Source of the DNA: Naegleria gruberi | Lineage: Eukaryota | Assembly (NCBI GenBank): GCA_000004985.1 | Contig: GG738893.1 | Length of the DNA: 64,000 nucleotides | Reading direction: 5' to 3' (one strand) | Shown here: one piece after another, positions 1-11,549 of the stretch | Position numbering within the stretch: position 1 is the first letter of the stretch | Layout of the letters: each line of letters starts with the position of its first letter | Notes under the pieces: generated by a model | What the model was told of the DNA's origin: nothing | Database searches by the model: none | Seen by the model: the letters and a program-made list of their open reading frames with translations, nothing else | Program-made: the position numbers and the translations under genes

Positions 1-1190
1 ACAACCAAGATAATGTTCATATTTCCTGCATCGATAGCTGTATACTTATTCACCTTAATTACCTGCTCAAGAATTGAAATGCTATTGGTAGCAGCGGAGA
101 AGAGTGAGATGGCTCCCAACAACATGAAATAGGATGGCATTCTTATTAAGGTCTTTAGACCAAACATGAGAGTTTGTGGAGGATACACATCCTTACTTTC
201 TTCTACTTTCTTTTCAGCGGTCGATTCTTCTTCTGACAACATTGGCTCAGTAAGTGAAGATGGCGAATCCTCCTTTTCAGTTGGTGCATAAAGAGGTGGA
301 GTTGGTGGTTTTTCCTTGAAGAATAACAGTCCCAATAACCCAACTATTGTTACAAAAATTGCTTGGGATATGAAAAAGATTGAAGTTCCCAATACGGAGA
401 ACCTTAAATCTTCTGAACTTTCACTGCCAATGGTCATTACTCGAGTGCTGATGGTTATTCCGACAATGCTTCCAATGGCACCAGCTGCAATAATAACGGA
501 CATGATGAATGTTCTTTCATTATTACCAAACCAGAGCATGCCCAATAGGTCAGTAGTATGATTAAGGAAAGGTAAACCAATTAACATGACAACATGTCCA
601 ATGAATGAAATCCAATATGATGATTCAGTTCCCTATTTGATTCGTATTAAATTAAGAGAATTGATGCGGAAACTTACCTGAATTCCCATTAATTTAATCC
701 AAGAACCCACTGAGGTGAGAATTGAAAAAACCACAATCGAAGTTCTCAATCCAAAATTCTTAATAACAAAGGAAACAACCAGAGATAATGGAATGGCAAA
801 CGGTCTTGTCAGCAAACTACTCACATTAATCTTCCAATTCTGATTGCTGCCAAGATGATAATATTTCATCATGAGTGTTCTGCATTAAGGCAATTAAGAG
901 AATATATATATTAAGGATCATGCAAATATTGAGGAAACTTACCCTGCTGATGAGAATGTTGCGGTACAAGTAGGTCCAACAATCATCAAGAGAGCAAACA
1001 ATAATAATTGGAACCATCTTCTGATATACAATTTTGGTGTCTGCTGCTCTTTTGTTAGTTCCTCTTCTTCTTGTGGTACAATATTTGACCCATCAGAAAT
1101 ACTGTCCACCGTACATGCTGATAATGATTGAATGTTATTGATCGAGTTGGAGTTGGAGTTGGGCATCTCCTGAATATCTTCTTGTTGCAT
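1..1190 (-). CDS. Major facilitator superfamily transporter (FLVCR/MFSD7-like), partial; the 3' end runs off the window start
   Basis: Minus-strand exons at 1190..943, 879..678 and 632..<1, joined by GTAAGT...CAG and GTAAGT...TAG introns. The translation 'RRWFQLLLFALLMIVGP...' is hydrophobic multi-TM with a typical MFS N-terminal layout. The frame stays open to position 1. Confidence 0.6.
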
Positions 1191-1426
1191 TTTTATAGGG
1201 ATATTGAAATTTCACACACAGCGTTGATTTTCTCTCAAATGAAGAAACATTGCGCATATTATGTAGTAAGCGGGCTCAAAATAAATTCCTGAGAATTATG
1301 CACACCGTAGTGGAACCGGAGATTACTAGAAAAAGAGAGGGATATTTCATCCTCATTCCTTCTATTAAGGAGTCGTAGGAAATGGCAAGAATCAACAGAT
1401 TTTGGTAAGGGAATTGATAATGGACT

Positions 1427-3937
1427 TTATAATTTGGAAACTCTTGATCCAGTCTTCCAATTGACTGGTAAGAATGCAGAGACACATTCTGGATTTTTGA
1501 GAGAGCTGATTTCTGATGGTTGGACTGGATCTTGATTGGTCAATTTCTTGACAAACTTTTCCATCTTTTTGCCATTCACATTTACTGGAACACCATTCAC
1601 TTGGGCAATGACAGATGGACGATGTCTAGATGATAAATGAGTCTTGATAGTGTCATGAATCTTATCAACAAGTTGTTCGTTCAATTCCAAGTTTGGAGCT
1701 AATTGAACAAAGAGAACGACTTGCTCGTTACCATCCTTTTGTCTTTGACCTACGACAATTGAATCAACCACTTCCTTAACATGTTGCAAGACATCATAGT
1801 AATCACCAGTTCCAATTCTGACTCCTCCTGGATTAAGGGTACTATCACTTCTTCCCTTCACATAGAATCCAAAACGAGGAGTTTGTTCACTCAAATCTCC
1901 TTGAGCCCAAATTCCATCAAATGTTGTAAAGTAACTTTCAAAGTAACGTTTCTGATTCTTTTCTCCCCAGAAAAAGAGTGGATAGGATGGGAATGGATTC
2001 AGACAAACCAATTCACCATTATCTCCAAAGATACGTTCTCCAGCATCATTCCAAACTTGAACATCGAGACCTAGACCTGCACATTGCAATTCACCTGGAT
2101 AGACTGGTAAGAATGGAGAACCCAATGCAAAACAACCATTCAAATCGGTACCACCACTGATAGAGCTCAAGTGAACATGTGGAATCATGTACTTGTAGAG
2201 GTAGACTGCAGTGGATGGAGCCAATGGTGAACCAGTGGTTGTAATTAAACGAAGATGAGAAATATCCAATTTTGTCTTGTGAACCAAATCAATCTTGTTA
2301 GTAACCATGAAAGATAAATATCTTGAACTAGTTCCAAAGAAGGTAATCTTTTCAGTTTCAATTAATTTCCACATGGCCAAAGCATTAGGGAAGAGAGGAC
2401 TTCCATCATATAGCACATTCTTACAACCAGTATATAACATTGAGACACACCAATTCCACATCATCCATCCACAATTAGTATATACAAATGAAGTATCAGA
2501 ATCCTTAACATCGCAATGCAAATGAGTTTCCTTAATATGATTAATCAATACACCAAATCCTTGACAAATACATTTTGGAGCTCCTGTACTTCCACTTGTG
2601 TACATGATCCAAACTGGATGATCCACATCCACAGGTTCAAATTGAATATCCTTTTCATTACAGAGAGTTGGTGATAAATTTCTCAAAAATCCACCATTCA
2701 CAACATCACTATGATAATCGACATATTTGATACGAGAATGTTGAGTGAGCTTATTCACACAATCTTCATTGGACATGATTTCCTTAAGACAGGTATTTCT
2801 AGAGAATTGAGGGAAGAACTTTTCATCGTATTCGAGAGTTTTGACCTTGATAACAGCACGAAGAGTTGGAACATGGTGCATGAGGTATTTACAAGTTTCA
2901 TTGGTGGAGAATAACTTGCCATTGAATGTGTAATATTCAGTTGTAAAGAGGACAACTGGTTCAATATGTTGAAATCTTGCAAAAACAATCTTCTTTCCCA
3001 AATCTGGACTTACACTACTCCAGACAGCTCCAATACTAGTCACAGCCAATAAGGCAACAATGGATTCAGAGCAATTTGACATGATTGATACAACACGATC
3101 CATCTTTTTAACCCCCAGCTCATTTCTCAAGTAGTGAGCCATCTTGGCCACCCGATTCCACAATTCTCCATAGGTCATTTCCACTCTCGGAACCGTAACA
3201 CCCTTAATACCATTCTCACCAATGGCCAAGAGTGCAACTCTATTCACATATTGAGGATCCAAGCATTTGTGAAGTAAATTTTGAGCATAATTGACCTTAG
3301 CTCCCACAAAGAAACGACTTCCCATATGAGGATGAGTTGTAGTCAAACTTGCAAGCATTTCCTCTTCAGTTTGCTTTTTTCTTTCCTCATCAGAAATCTT
3401 CTTTGGTCTTGAAATTACTTGAGAATAGTTTTTAAAGGATTTAATCTTTAAGAATTGCCACAATAAACCCCAGAAACGATCATCCTTAACAGTCCACTCA
3501 AAGAACTTTTGATGATATTTAACTGGATCATCTTGCATCTCCATTTTAGTAAATTCATATGAACAATTGCCTTGCTTATTCAATTCCTCTCTGGCAAACA
3601 ATGAAAAGGCAAACATGACACTCTTCTCCATTGAATCAGCAGAAGGTTTCCAAAGCATTTTGTTCAAATCGACATTGTGAATCTCAGAGTCATTATCAGA
3701 GGGATGAGGTTGAAAGTGTTGAGAAGAAGAACAAGCAACAGCAACAGATGAAGAAGAGGAGGATGGTTGCTGATGAAAATGTCGGTGCTGGAGATGAATT
3801 TGTTGTTGGTGTTGATGGTGATGATGAGCGTGGTGAAGATGAGACATGTTGAATGTTTTTCTGTTGAAAATTTCGCGAATTTTTGGAACATTCAAGCAAT
3901 AACAATTGAACGTTCTGTTACCGCCTTTTCCACACAT
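1427..3937 (-). CDS. Acetoacetyl-CoA synthetase-like acyl-CoA synthetase (AMP-binding family) with a His/Gln-rich N-terminal extension
   Basis: Single 836-aa ORF. It has the AMP-binding motif 'YTSGSTGAPKCI' and the AACS-like blocks 'MLWKPS...', 'IGAVWSSVSPDLG' and 'GGVRIGTGDYYDV'. The true start Met may lie internal to the His-rich leader. Confidence 0.85.
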   Translation of the reverse strand: MCGKGGNRTFNCYCLNVPKIREIFNRKTFNMSHLHHAHHHHQHQQQIHLQHRHFHQQPSSSSSSVAVACSSSQHFQPHPSDNDSEIHNVDLNKMLWKPSADSMEKSVMFAFSLFAREELNKQGNCSYEFTKMEMQDDPVKYHQKFFEWTVKDDRFWGLLWQFLKIKSFKNYSQVISRPKKISDEERKKQTEEEMLASLTTTHPHMGSRFFVGAKVNYAQNLLHKCLDPQYVNRVALLAIGENGIKGVTVPRVEMTYGELWNRVAKMAHYLRNELGVKKMDRVVSIMSNCSESIVALLAVTSIGAVWSSVSPDLGKKIVFARFQHIEPVVLFTTEYYTFNGKLFSTNETCKYLMHHVPTLRAVIKVKTLEYDEKFFPQFSRNTCLKEIMSNEDCVNKLTQHSRIKYVDYHSDVVNGGFLRNLSPTLCNEKDIQFEPVDVDHPVWIMYTSGSTGAPKCICQGFGVLINHIKETHLHCDVKDSDTSFVYTNCGWMMWNWCVSMLYTGCKNVLYDGSPLFPNALAMWKLIETEKITFFGTSSRYLSFMVTNKIDLVHKTKLDISHLRLITTTGSPLAPSTAVYLYKYMIPHVHLSSISGGTDLNGCFALGSPFLPVYPGELQCAGLGLDVQVWNDAGERIFGDNGELVCLNPFPSYPLFFWGEKNQKRYFESYFTTFDGIWAQGDLSEQTPRFGFYVKGRSDSTLNPGGVRIGTGDYYDVLQHVKEVVDSIVVGQRQKDGNEQVVLFVQLAPNLELNEQLVDKIHDTIKTHLSSRHRPSVIAQVNGVPVNVNGKKMEKFVKKLTNQDPVQPSEISSLKNPECVSAFLPVNWKTGSRVSKL

Positions 3938-3999
3938 TTCCTTTTTAGAATGTGCATAAAGGGAACTAGATAATTTGTTAAATTAATTGGAAAAGTAGT

Positions 4000-5336
4000 T
4001 TATTCTTGTTGGTGGAATGGATAGTCAGTGTAACCAGTAGCAAGATCACCACCAGCATAGTAGAATGTTTCTCTATTGTACTTGTTCAATGGTAAATCCT
4101 TTTCCAATCTGTAAGGCAAATCAGGTGTGGAAATAAAGTGACGTCCAAAAGCAACCAAATCAGCATCACCACGTTCCACCATTTCAATAGCAGTTTGTCT
4201 ATTGAAACCACCAGCAGCAATAATTGGGTTCTTGAAGAATTGTCTCAAATGCTTGCAGGCAACTGTTTCAGTTTGTTCAACTTCTTCAGTGCTCTTGGAA
4301 TACATTAATGAAGTACGTGGTTCAACAACGTGCAAGAAGGCCAAATCATACTTGTCAAGAGTCTTGGCAACTTCAGAGAAAGTTTCAGTTGGTGTAGAAT
4401 CGCTCATTTGGTGAAGAGCACCAGATGGACTAATTCTGATACCAACACGATTAGATTCACCATTGACAGCCTTCAAAACTGATTCAACAACTTCACGCAT
4501 AAATCTCAATCTATTTTCAATAGAACCACCATATTCATCAGTTCTCTTATTGACTCCATCTTGAATGAATTGGTCAATCAAGTATCCATTAGCTCCGTGA
4601 ATTTCAACACCATCAAATCCAGCTTCAATAGCATTCTTAGCAGCAGCACCATATTGTTCAACAATGGTCTTGATTTCTTCAACTGATAAACTCTTTGGTG
4701 GTTCAGCAGTAACTTGTTCAAAGGTCTTCAAGTTGAAACATGGAAGATCAGTCATGGCAATATCAGATGATGAAACAGAATCAGCATATCTGACTCTACC
4801 TACGTGCCATAATTGCAAAAAGATGATACCTCCCTTTTGATGGACAGCATCAGTAATCTTCTTCCAGGCCTTAACTTGAGCTTCGGAATAACAACCTGGT
4901 GTGAATGGATAACCTTGTCCTTGTGGTGTAATTTGTGAAGCTTCAGCAATGATTAAACCACCCTTTGAAGCACGTTGATTGTAATAGATAGCACCAACAT
5001 CAGTATGTTCACATTCTCCCTGTTATTGAATTAATTGAATGATCATGAAATGAATTTGATTCCATATATTATGAATATTCACACAAAACAAAGTAGTTGT
5101 ATGTAGTAGTAAATAGTTAATGATGATATTATCGTTCGTCATCATTGTCATCATTGAAATATTCATCAAATGATAATCGACACAATAATTAACAAAAAAG
5201 GCTATAATTTCAAACTTACAGCAACAGCTCTTGTTCTAGTAAGTGGGGCCATAACAATACGATGGTCCAAAGACAAGCCGTCCTTTCCTCCCAACTTGAG
5301 TGAAGTAAATAACTTTGCAGGTGATGAAGCAGACAT
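4000..5336 (-). CDS. Old Yellow Enzyme family NADPH:flavin oxidoreductase, paralog A; join(5336..5220,5019..4000)
   Basis: Exon 1 reads 'MSASSPAKLFTSLKLGGKDGLSLDHRIVMAPLTRTRAVA', a typical OYE N-terminus. A GTAAGT donor and CAG acceptor define a 200-nt intron. Exon 2 carries 'GGLIIAEASQITPQGQGYP...HQKGG...LWHVGR...HGANGYLIDQF...RTDEYGGSIENR...'. The frame is consistent with the provided ORF. Confidence 0.85.
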
Positions 5337-5739
5337 TTTCAGTGATGAGTTTTTATCGTAGTTTTTTTTGAATTTGATTGTTGTTCGCAGTAAGTTTGTT
5401 GCGCGCCAAGAATTTATAACTTTGATATCTTAGGACGCTTTAATTTCGCACTTAATAGGAAAAAAATAGAGAATTTCAAGTGGTTTTGTTCTGAGCCAGC
5501 CACTGTGGAACGTGGATGCATATTATTTGAGGAAGGAATATTTCAGTGCTCAGTTAATTGTTCCGATTGAGCATGTACTATTAATAACAAGTTGGAAATT
5601 GAATTATTATTTGATGGAGTTAATTAATAGTAAAAAAGCTAGCTTACTTAATCATTTGATGATATTGAATTTAATATTACACAATATTAATTAAAAAAGA
5701 AATCAAAAGAGGAAATTAAATAATCAGTGTGATGATAAT

Positions 5740-7023
5740 TTATTGAAAAGTTGGATAATCGGTATAACCAGTAACAACATCTTTGGAACCATAGAAAGTA
5801 CTTCTGTCATAATGAGTGAGTGGATGACCATTTCTAATTCTTTCAACCAAATCAGGATTAGAAATAAAGTGTCTTCCAAAAGCAATCATATCTGTGACAC
5901 CCTCCTCTGTGGTAATCTTTGCTGTGGCTGGAGTAAAACCACCAGCTGAAATAATTGGAGATCTTGTCAATGGTTTCAATTCCTTGGTTACAACCACAGG
6001 TTTGGATTCAGCTTCGCCATTATCTGAAATTGCTCCACCTGATACTCTTGGTTCTACAAGGTGAATATATGCCAAATCATATTCATCCAATGCCTTGACA
6101 GCTGCTTCAAAGAGTGGTTTTGGATCTGAATCACTAATTTCCAAGAAACATCCACTTGGACTCATACGAATTCCAACACGATCTGATTCATTATCAAATC
6201 CTTCAATACATGCTGAAATAGCTTCACGCATAAATCTCAATCTATTTTCAATAGAACCGCCATATTCATCAGTTCTCTTATTGACTCCATTTTGTAAAAA
6301 TTGGTCAACTAGATAACCATTAGCAGCATGCAATTCCACACCATCGAATCCAGCCAATTTGGCATTTCTAGCAGCTTGCTTATATTGTTCCATAACGACC
6401 TTAATTTCCTCAACAGACAATGCCTTTGGAGTAGTTGGCAATTGTTGTTCTCTGGTTTGCAAATTTGTAGATTTCACATTTTGAATTGGAACTGCAGAAG
6501 AGGAGACATTGTCAGCATAACGTTGTCTACCAACATGCCACAATTGCAAAAAGATGACACCTCCTTTTTGATGGACAGCATCTGTCACCTTTTTCCAAGC
6601 TTTAACTTGAGCTTCGGAATAACAACCTGGAGAACATGGATAACCTTGTCCTTGTGGTGTAATTTGTGAAGCTTCAGCAATGATTAAACCACCTGGTGTG
6701 GCACGTTGAGAGTAGTAAGTAATTGCATGTTCTGTTTGTTCACAATCTCCCTAATAGTTGTGTGAAATAATATTTAACAGTTAAAGGTGATGAATTATTG
6801 TAGTAATCAATCAAAAGTGATGTCAAGATGATGAATATTTAGTTTTCGGAATTTAATATCGGAATTTGTTGATAATAGTACTTACATCCAATGCTCTGCA
6901 ACGAGTGAGTGGAGCCATCACAATACGATGGGAGAGAGTAATTCTCTGACTGGCAGGAATTTTGTCAGTTCCCAATGTGAGTGGTGTGAAGAGTTTGCTT
7001 GTTGATTCGGAAGTGGCAGACAT
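5740..7023 (-). CDS. Old Yellow Enzyme family NADPH:flavin oxidoreductase, paralog B (tandem to A); join(7023..6886,6750..5740)
   Basis: Exon 1 reads 'MSATSESTSKLFTPLTLGTDKIPASQRITLSHRIVMAPLTRCRALD', followed by a GTAAGT donor and TAG acceptor. Exon 2 carries the same OYE blocks as paralog A. It is on the same strand, immediately upstream of paralog A. Confidence 0.85.
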
Positions 7024-7402
7024 TTTGATTTTTTAAAGTGTGAAAATTATTGGAACAATTAAAATTGAAGGCGAATTTAAATACAATTTGGAGGTAGGAG
7101 TAAATTGGATGAGGTTTGGATGTTGAACAGTGATTTTCTTGGATGTCTTTGTAGAAAGTACGTACGAAAGGTCAAGAGAACGGTCTAATGTTAATGCATC
7201 TGAATAGTATTGACAAATTCTCAGTTAAAGTTACAATTCTTGGATGTTCATAAGGCACATCTTCCAATTTTATTTCTAATAAATAACAACGAAAACCCCT
7301 AAGGCAAAGTTGTTTATGTTTCATGTTCTTTAGTTGCTTTTGTAGAATGTAATTTGGTGAATGATTTCTTGTTAACTTTATTCTATTGCTTCAGATACAA
7401 GG

Positions 7403-8674
7403 TTAACAACAAGAACTACCACTACATGAGCTTGGTGAACAACTATTGGCAGTTGAAGGTTGTTGAGAAGTTGATGGACCCTTAGAACAATCAAAAGCTC
7501 CATAATGTGTACTCATATCACCAATAATTTGGAAATAAGGACCTAACCAAGATGGTTTGGATAACATACTGGCAGTATTTCCACAAACGAGAACTGGTCT
7601 ATTTCTCTCAAAGACATGTCCAGCATCTAAGGTGTAAGCATGCTTGTAGACATGATCAACTTCTGAGCCTCCTCTATAAATTGCAATTTGTCCATAATCT
7701 TCACATTGTGGTTCCAAATCATTCAATTTGAATAAACGATAAGTGATGGAATAGAATTTGGCATTTCCAAGAATTTCCTTCAATTTCAAATCATGAATAA
7801 CAATTTCACTTCTTGTCAATTCTCTTGGATCATCGAATCCAACCTTCTTACAGAGTGCTAAAAAGTCATTTGTGTACAATGCTCCAGCAATACATTCTCC
7901 AAAGAGTAATTCATGAGAACGAACGTCAGATGGCAAACGACGATCACAATAAACATCAGAAAATACAAACTCTCCTCCAAATCTCAAGCTATTGTAAACA
8001 CCTTTCAAAACGGAAGCCTTATCTGGTGACAAATTCACAACACAATTAGAAATGACAATATCAACAGAATTTTCCTCAATTCCAGCACCTTTCAAATCTT
8101 CAATAAATCCCTTTTTGAATTCCAGAGTTGCCAAATTGTCAGCTCCAAAATTTTCTTGCAACTTTACAACATTGTCCCTTGCAACTTGCAATTGCTCATC
8201 AGTCATATCAACTCCAATAGCTTTTCCTCCCTTTCCACAAAGCATACTTGCCAAATAGACATCTCTTCCACTTCCACAACCCAAATCCAAGACAGTTAAT
8301 CCAGAAATGCCAGCCAATGGCAATGGTGACCCACATCCATAATATTTACTCAATACTTCATCTGGAATTTTAGCAAGTAAAGCTTTCATAATCGGATGAG
8401 GTGCTCCACTTGAAGTGCATGCAGAAGTTTTCAAATCTTTAGTAGTAGACAAGACTTTTCCGTAATATTCCTTCACAGATTCATAAACTGCATTGGAATT
8501 TGTATAGGATACTCCTGTTGTATTTTCACTAATTAAATTATGATTATCCGATGATGATGATGAAGATTGATTGTTGGTTGAACAACATGAAGCAGTTGTT
8601 TGTTTAGGTGTATTTTCCATTGGTGATGATGAAGAAGGAGGACAACAGGATTTTTGGCTTCCACAACAAGACAT
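7403..8674 (-). CDS. Arsenite S-adenosylmethionine methyltransferase (AS3MT/ArsM family)
   Basis: Single 423-aa ORF. It has the SAM-binding motif 'VLDLGCGSGRDVYLAS' and Cys-containing segments at the family's As(III)-binding positions: 'TSAC', 'ISNCVVNL', 'SDVYCDRR'. It is methyltransferase type 11-like. Unusual Cys-rich N- and C-terminal tails are present (MSCCGSQKSCC..., ...SCSPSSCSGSSCC). Confidence 0.85.
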   Translation of the reverse strand: MSCCGSQKSCCPPSSSSPMENTPKQTTASCCSTNNQSSSSSSDNHNLISENTTGVSYTNSNAVYESVKEYYGKVLSTTKDLKTSACTSSGAPHPIMKALLAKIPDEVLSKYYGCGSPLPLAGISGLTVLDLGCGSGRDVYLASMLCGKGGKAIGVDMTDEQLQVARDNVVKLQENFGADNLATLEFKKGFIEDLKGAGIEENSVDIVISNCVVNLSPDKASVLKGVYNSLRFGGEFVFSDVYCDRRLPSDVRSHELLFGECIAGALYTNDFLALCKKVGFDDPRELTRSEIVIHDLKLKEILGNAKFYSITYRLFKLNDLEPQCEDYGQIAIYRGGSEVDHVYKHAYTLDAGHVFERNRPVLVCGNTASMLSKPSWLGPYFQIIGDMSTHYGAFDCSKGPSTSQQPSTANSCSPSSCSGSSCC

Positions 8675-8827
8675 TTTTTTGTGTTGATTGCTTTTATCCT
8701 CAGCACTTCTATCGCTTTAGTTTTCCAATCTATCCACAACAGTAACGGCGAAACTAAAGATGTGTGGATGTTATTGCGTCCATGTCTTGTGATTGGATGT
8801 TTGATTTCTGCATTGTAAAATGATGTT

Positions 8828-10204
8828 TTACAAAATCCACCACCATACCTGACATAAAACATAAGTCAACAAGCAAACAGTTAAAATACTCAAATAGCTC
8901 AACACGGATTTGAACTTGAAGATTGAATAAATGGTAGCAATAATGAATAATATGGCATAGAATATGAAAATATTCCAAATCTTTGGCAAGTAATAGATGG
9001 ACAAGTCATGTACAGAGTTTCGTTCCATATCCAAGGTCAAAATTCCATAACCATATTTGAAAGTACCTTGTAACATGCTAAATGTTGGAATGGTATGCTC
9101 TGTAACAGTGTGCTCATAGACATTGTGTTGGAATTTGCAATATTCGTGATCATCTCCACTCAGAACAAGAATTGGTTTGGTGAGTGAGACTAATTTCTTT
9201 GAATCTGAAGGATTGAGCATGTTTCTGTAACCTGCTCCATAACCCTCTTCCAAAGGTCTACTCCTAGATTTGGTTCCCATTCTGGTATCGAAGTCATCGT
9301 TCTGGCAAAGCCCATCTCTATACAATGGAATGTGTGTCAGTAAAATATTCTTTGAATTTTCTGCATCTACGTTTTTCAATAGAAAATCATAAATTGGTGT
9401 TCCCAAATACATTGAATTCACTCCAATAATATTCATCTTACTATTGATGGCATAATTAAAATTGAGTGGCATGAAATGCTTTTCAAATCTGTCCAAAATC
9501 TTCTTTTCCCAATTTTCTAATCCAATATCATGATTTCCACTCAGATAAATCGTCTTGATTCCATCTCTATTCTCAAAAGTTTTCCTAAATCTCTTCAATT
9601 CCCTCCCATATTCTTCATCAGTGATCCTCCTTCCATTATCAAATAAATCTCCCATAAATATAATTGTGTGAATATTGTTCCTATTCATTCGGAGAATGGA
9701 TTGAAAATTCTTCCTCATGAAAGTATCACACAACATGAATATAAACCTTGAAAGAATTGCAAATTCATCATTCACAAACGAATAGGAATATCTATCGGTC
9801 AATTGTGGATCTCCAATCAATAATATATTATGATACTTGTCATTTACCTTCGGAGCATATGTAAATTGGAATCTAAATATCAAAACTTCCATAAAAACAA
9901 TCAAGAACACCAATAGCATGATAAATCGAGTCAGATGAGAAAATTCCGAAATGAAATGTTGAATCCTCTCCACATAGGAAAATACAATAATTAATAGGCT
10001 TTGATTTTTCTCTTCTGTATGTGATGAAAATTCCTCATGATGATGATTATTTCCTTCCGATGATGATTGTCTGATGGATAAATCGACTCCTCCTTCCTCT
10101 TCTTCAAGATTATGAGTGGATGATGTGGTTTTCCTGTTTCTTGATTGCAACATTTTTTTTAATTTAAAATTAAATTTAAAATTAGTTTGGTCAATTAAGT
10201 CCAA
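8828..10204 (-). CDS. Calcineurin-like metallophosphoesterase, Cdc1/MPPE1/Ted1 family membrane protein
   Basis: 458-aa ORF with metallophosphoesterase motifs 'GDPQLTD', 'FMGDLFDNG', 'LSGNHDIG', 'THIPLYR' and 'LSGDDHEYC'. Hydrophobic N- and C-terminal segments are typical of this ER/Golgi family. Confidence 0.75.
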   Translation of the reverse strand: MDLIDQTNFKFNFKLKKMLQSRNRKTTSSTHNLEEEEGGVDLSIRQSSSEGNNHHHEEFSSHTEEKNQSLLIIVFSYVERIQHFISEFSHLTRFIMLLVFLIVFMEVLIFRFQFTYAPKVNDKYHNILLIGDPQLTDRYSYSFVNDEFAILSRFIFMLCDTFMRKNFQSILRMNRNNIHTIIFMGDLFDNGRRITDEEYGRELKRFRKTFENRDGIKTIYLSGNHDIGLENWEKKILDRFEKHFMPLNFNYAINSKMNIIGVNSMYLGTPIYDFLLKNVDAENSKNILLTHIPLYRDGLCQNDDFDTRMGTKSRSRPLEEGYGAGYRNMLNPSDSKKLVSLTKPILVLSGDDHEYCKFQHNVYEHTVTEHTIPTFSMLQGTFKYGYGILTLDMERNSVHDLSIYYLPKIWNIFIFYAILFIIATIYSIFKFKSVLSYLSILTVCLLTYVLCQVWWWIL

Positions 10205-10397
10205 AGAAAATCATTTTATTTAACAAGCTGATAAGATTTAGAATTTCACAATTTGATAGAATAAATATCAAGGATCCATTAGATCTTGGATAGGAATCGC
10301 TACATCTGATCACCATCTATGAAAATAAGAATGAAGAAACAATTTTGAAATAAATTAAACATGTATGAGAGGTTGAAAATTAATTTTGCTTGGTTTT

Positions 10398-11450
10398 TCA
10401 TAGAACTACGTAATTCTTCTTGGCAACCATCACTCCTCTGCAAACCATAGCCAATCCAAAACAAACCAAAAGTAGAACAATGAATGCAAAGAAGGAACCA
10501 ATCACAGCCACTGCAGTATCATGTTCATTGGAGGCAAATGCAGTTTTGGCAAAAGTAATGGCGCTATTGGCTTTGCATTGATCTCCAACTTGTGTTGGAC
10601 AATCAATAAAACTCAATTCCTTATTCAGACAAAATCTGACCTCTACCAATATGGAACTATTGTAACAAACGAGAGCAGGTGTTCCAAATCCACTGGCTTT
10701 GAATCCTTCCTTCATGAATTTAATGTCATAGGTTGTGGTATTGGATGGAACAATGTTTTGTTTCTTGAGGGATGGTAAAATTGACATACTCTTTCTCAAT
10801 TTGATTGATTGAAGAAAATAATCACGAACTGCATTACTTGAGAATTGAGGTAATTGTGCAGCACACGTTCCATGTTTATCATATTCGTGTTGCCACAATC
10901 CAGGAGCAGCATTCTTATAATCTGAAATAATTTCCAAATATTCAATCATTAAATATTCAATCTATTAATAATTGTGAAATATTTACCTGTCCAATAAATA
11001 TCCAAATCACTTCTCAAATCCTCGATAATACTGTAATTAAAAGCAGGAGCATTACAATTGAAAGGTCCCATTTTTCCTACCAATTTACTTTCATTATTCG
11101 AAATTAATTGAATTTAATCATCAACCTACTTTGGCCACAATCCATGAATTGTAAAATCCTTCACTTCAGGTTTCAAAAAACAAGGCTTCAATGTATAACA
11201 TGCTGATCCAGGCCACGACAATGCAAAAACCTAATTTTTCATTAAAATTCAAGCATCAAGATTATTATTATTTAATTATAATTTTCTTCCAAACTTTATC
11301 CGAAAAACCTACAAATATATCAAAATCATCATCTGCAGCACCTGATCTCTTCATCATGTTGAGTTTTCCCTCTGTGATCCCTCCATTCATCAACCCAATA
11401 GCAACGATGCAAGATAACACCAAGATAATACGCGACACTATCTGCGACAT
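10398..11450 (-). CDS. Ribonuclease T2 family, secreted with a C-terminal TM anchor; join(11450..11313,11230..11130,11087..10987,10921..10398)
   Basis: Exon 1 encodes a signal peptide 'MSQIVSRIILVLSCIVAIGL'. Exon 2 carries CAS I 'FTIHGLWP'. Exon 4 carries CAS II 'LWQHEYDKHGTC'. The C-terminus 'VAVIGSFFAFIVLLLVCFGLAMV' is hydrophobic. Introns are 82, 42 and 65 nt with GT...AG ends. Phases check against the provided ORFs. Confidence 0.8.
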
Positions 11451-11549
11451 TTTTTTTTCAAAATCTAAAAAAAGCGCAAGATTTTTACAAATTTTTCAAA
11501 GACTTTTTTAAAATGTTACAATTTTATATTGGAATGAAGATAAAGACTA

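Noticed and set aside
316-561. Plus-strand ORF 316..561 (81 aa)
   Set aside because: It is antisense to the third exon of the minus-strand MFS transporter gene. The hydrophobic translation is a mirror-frame artefact.
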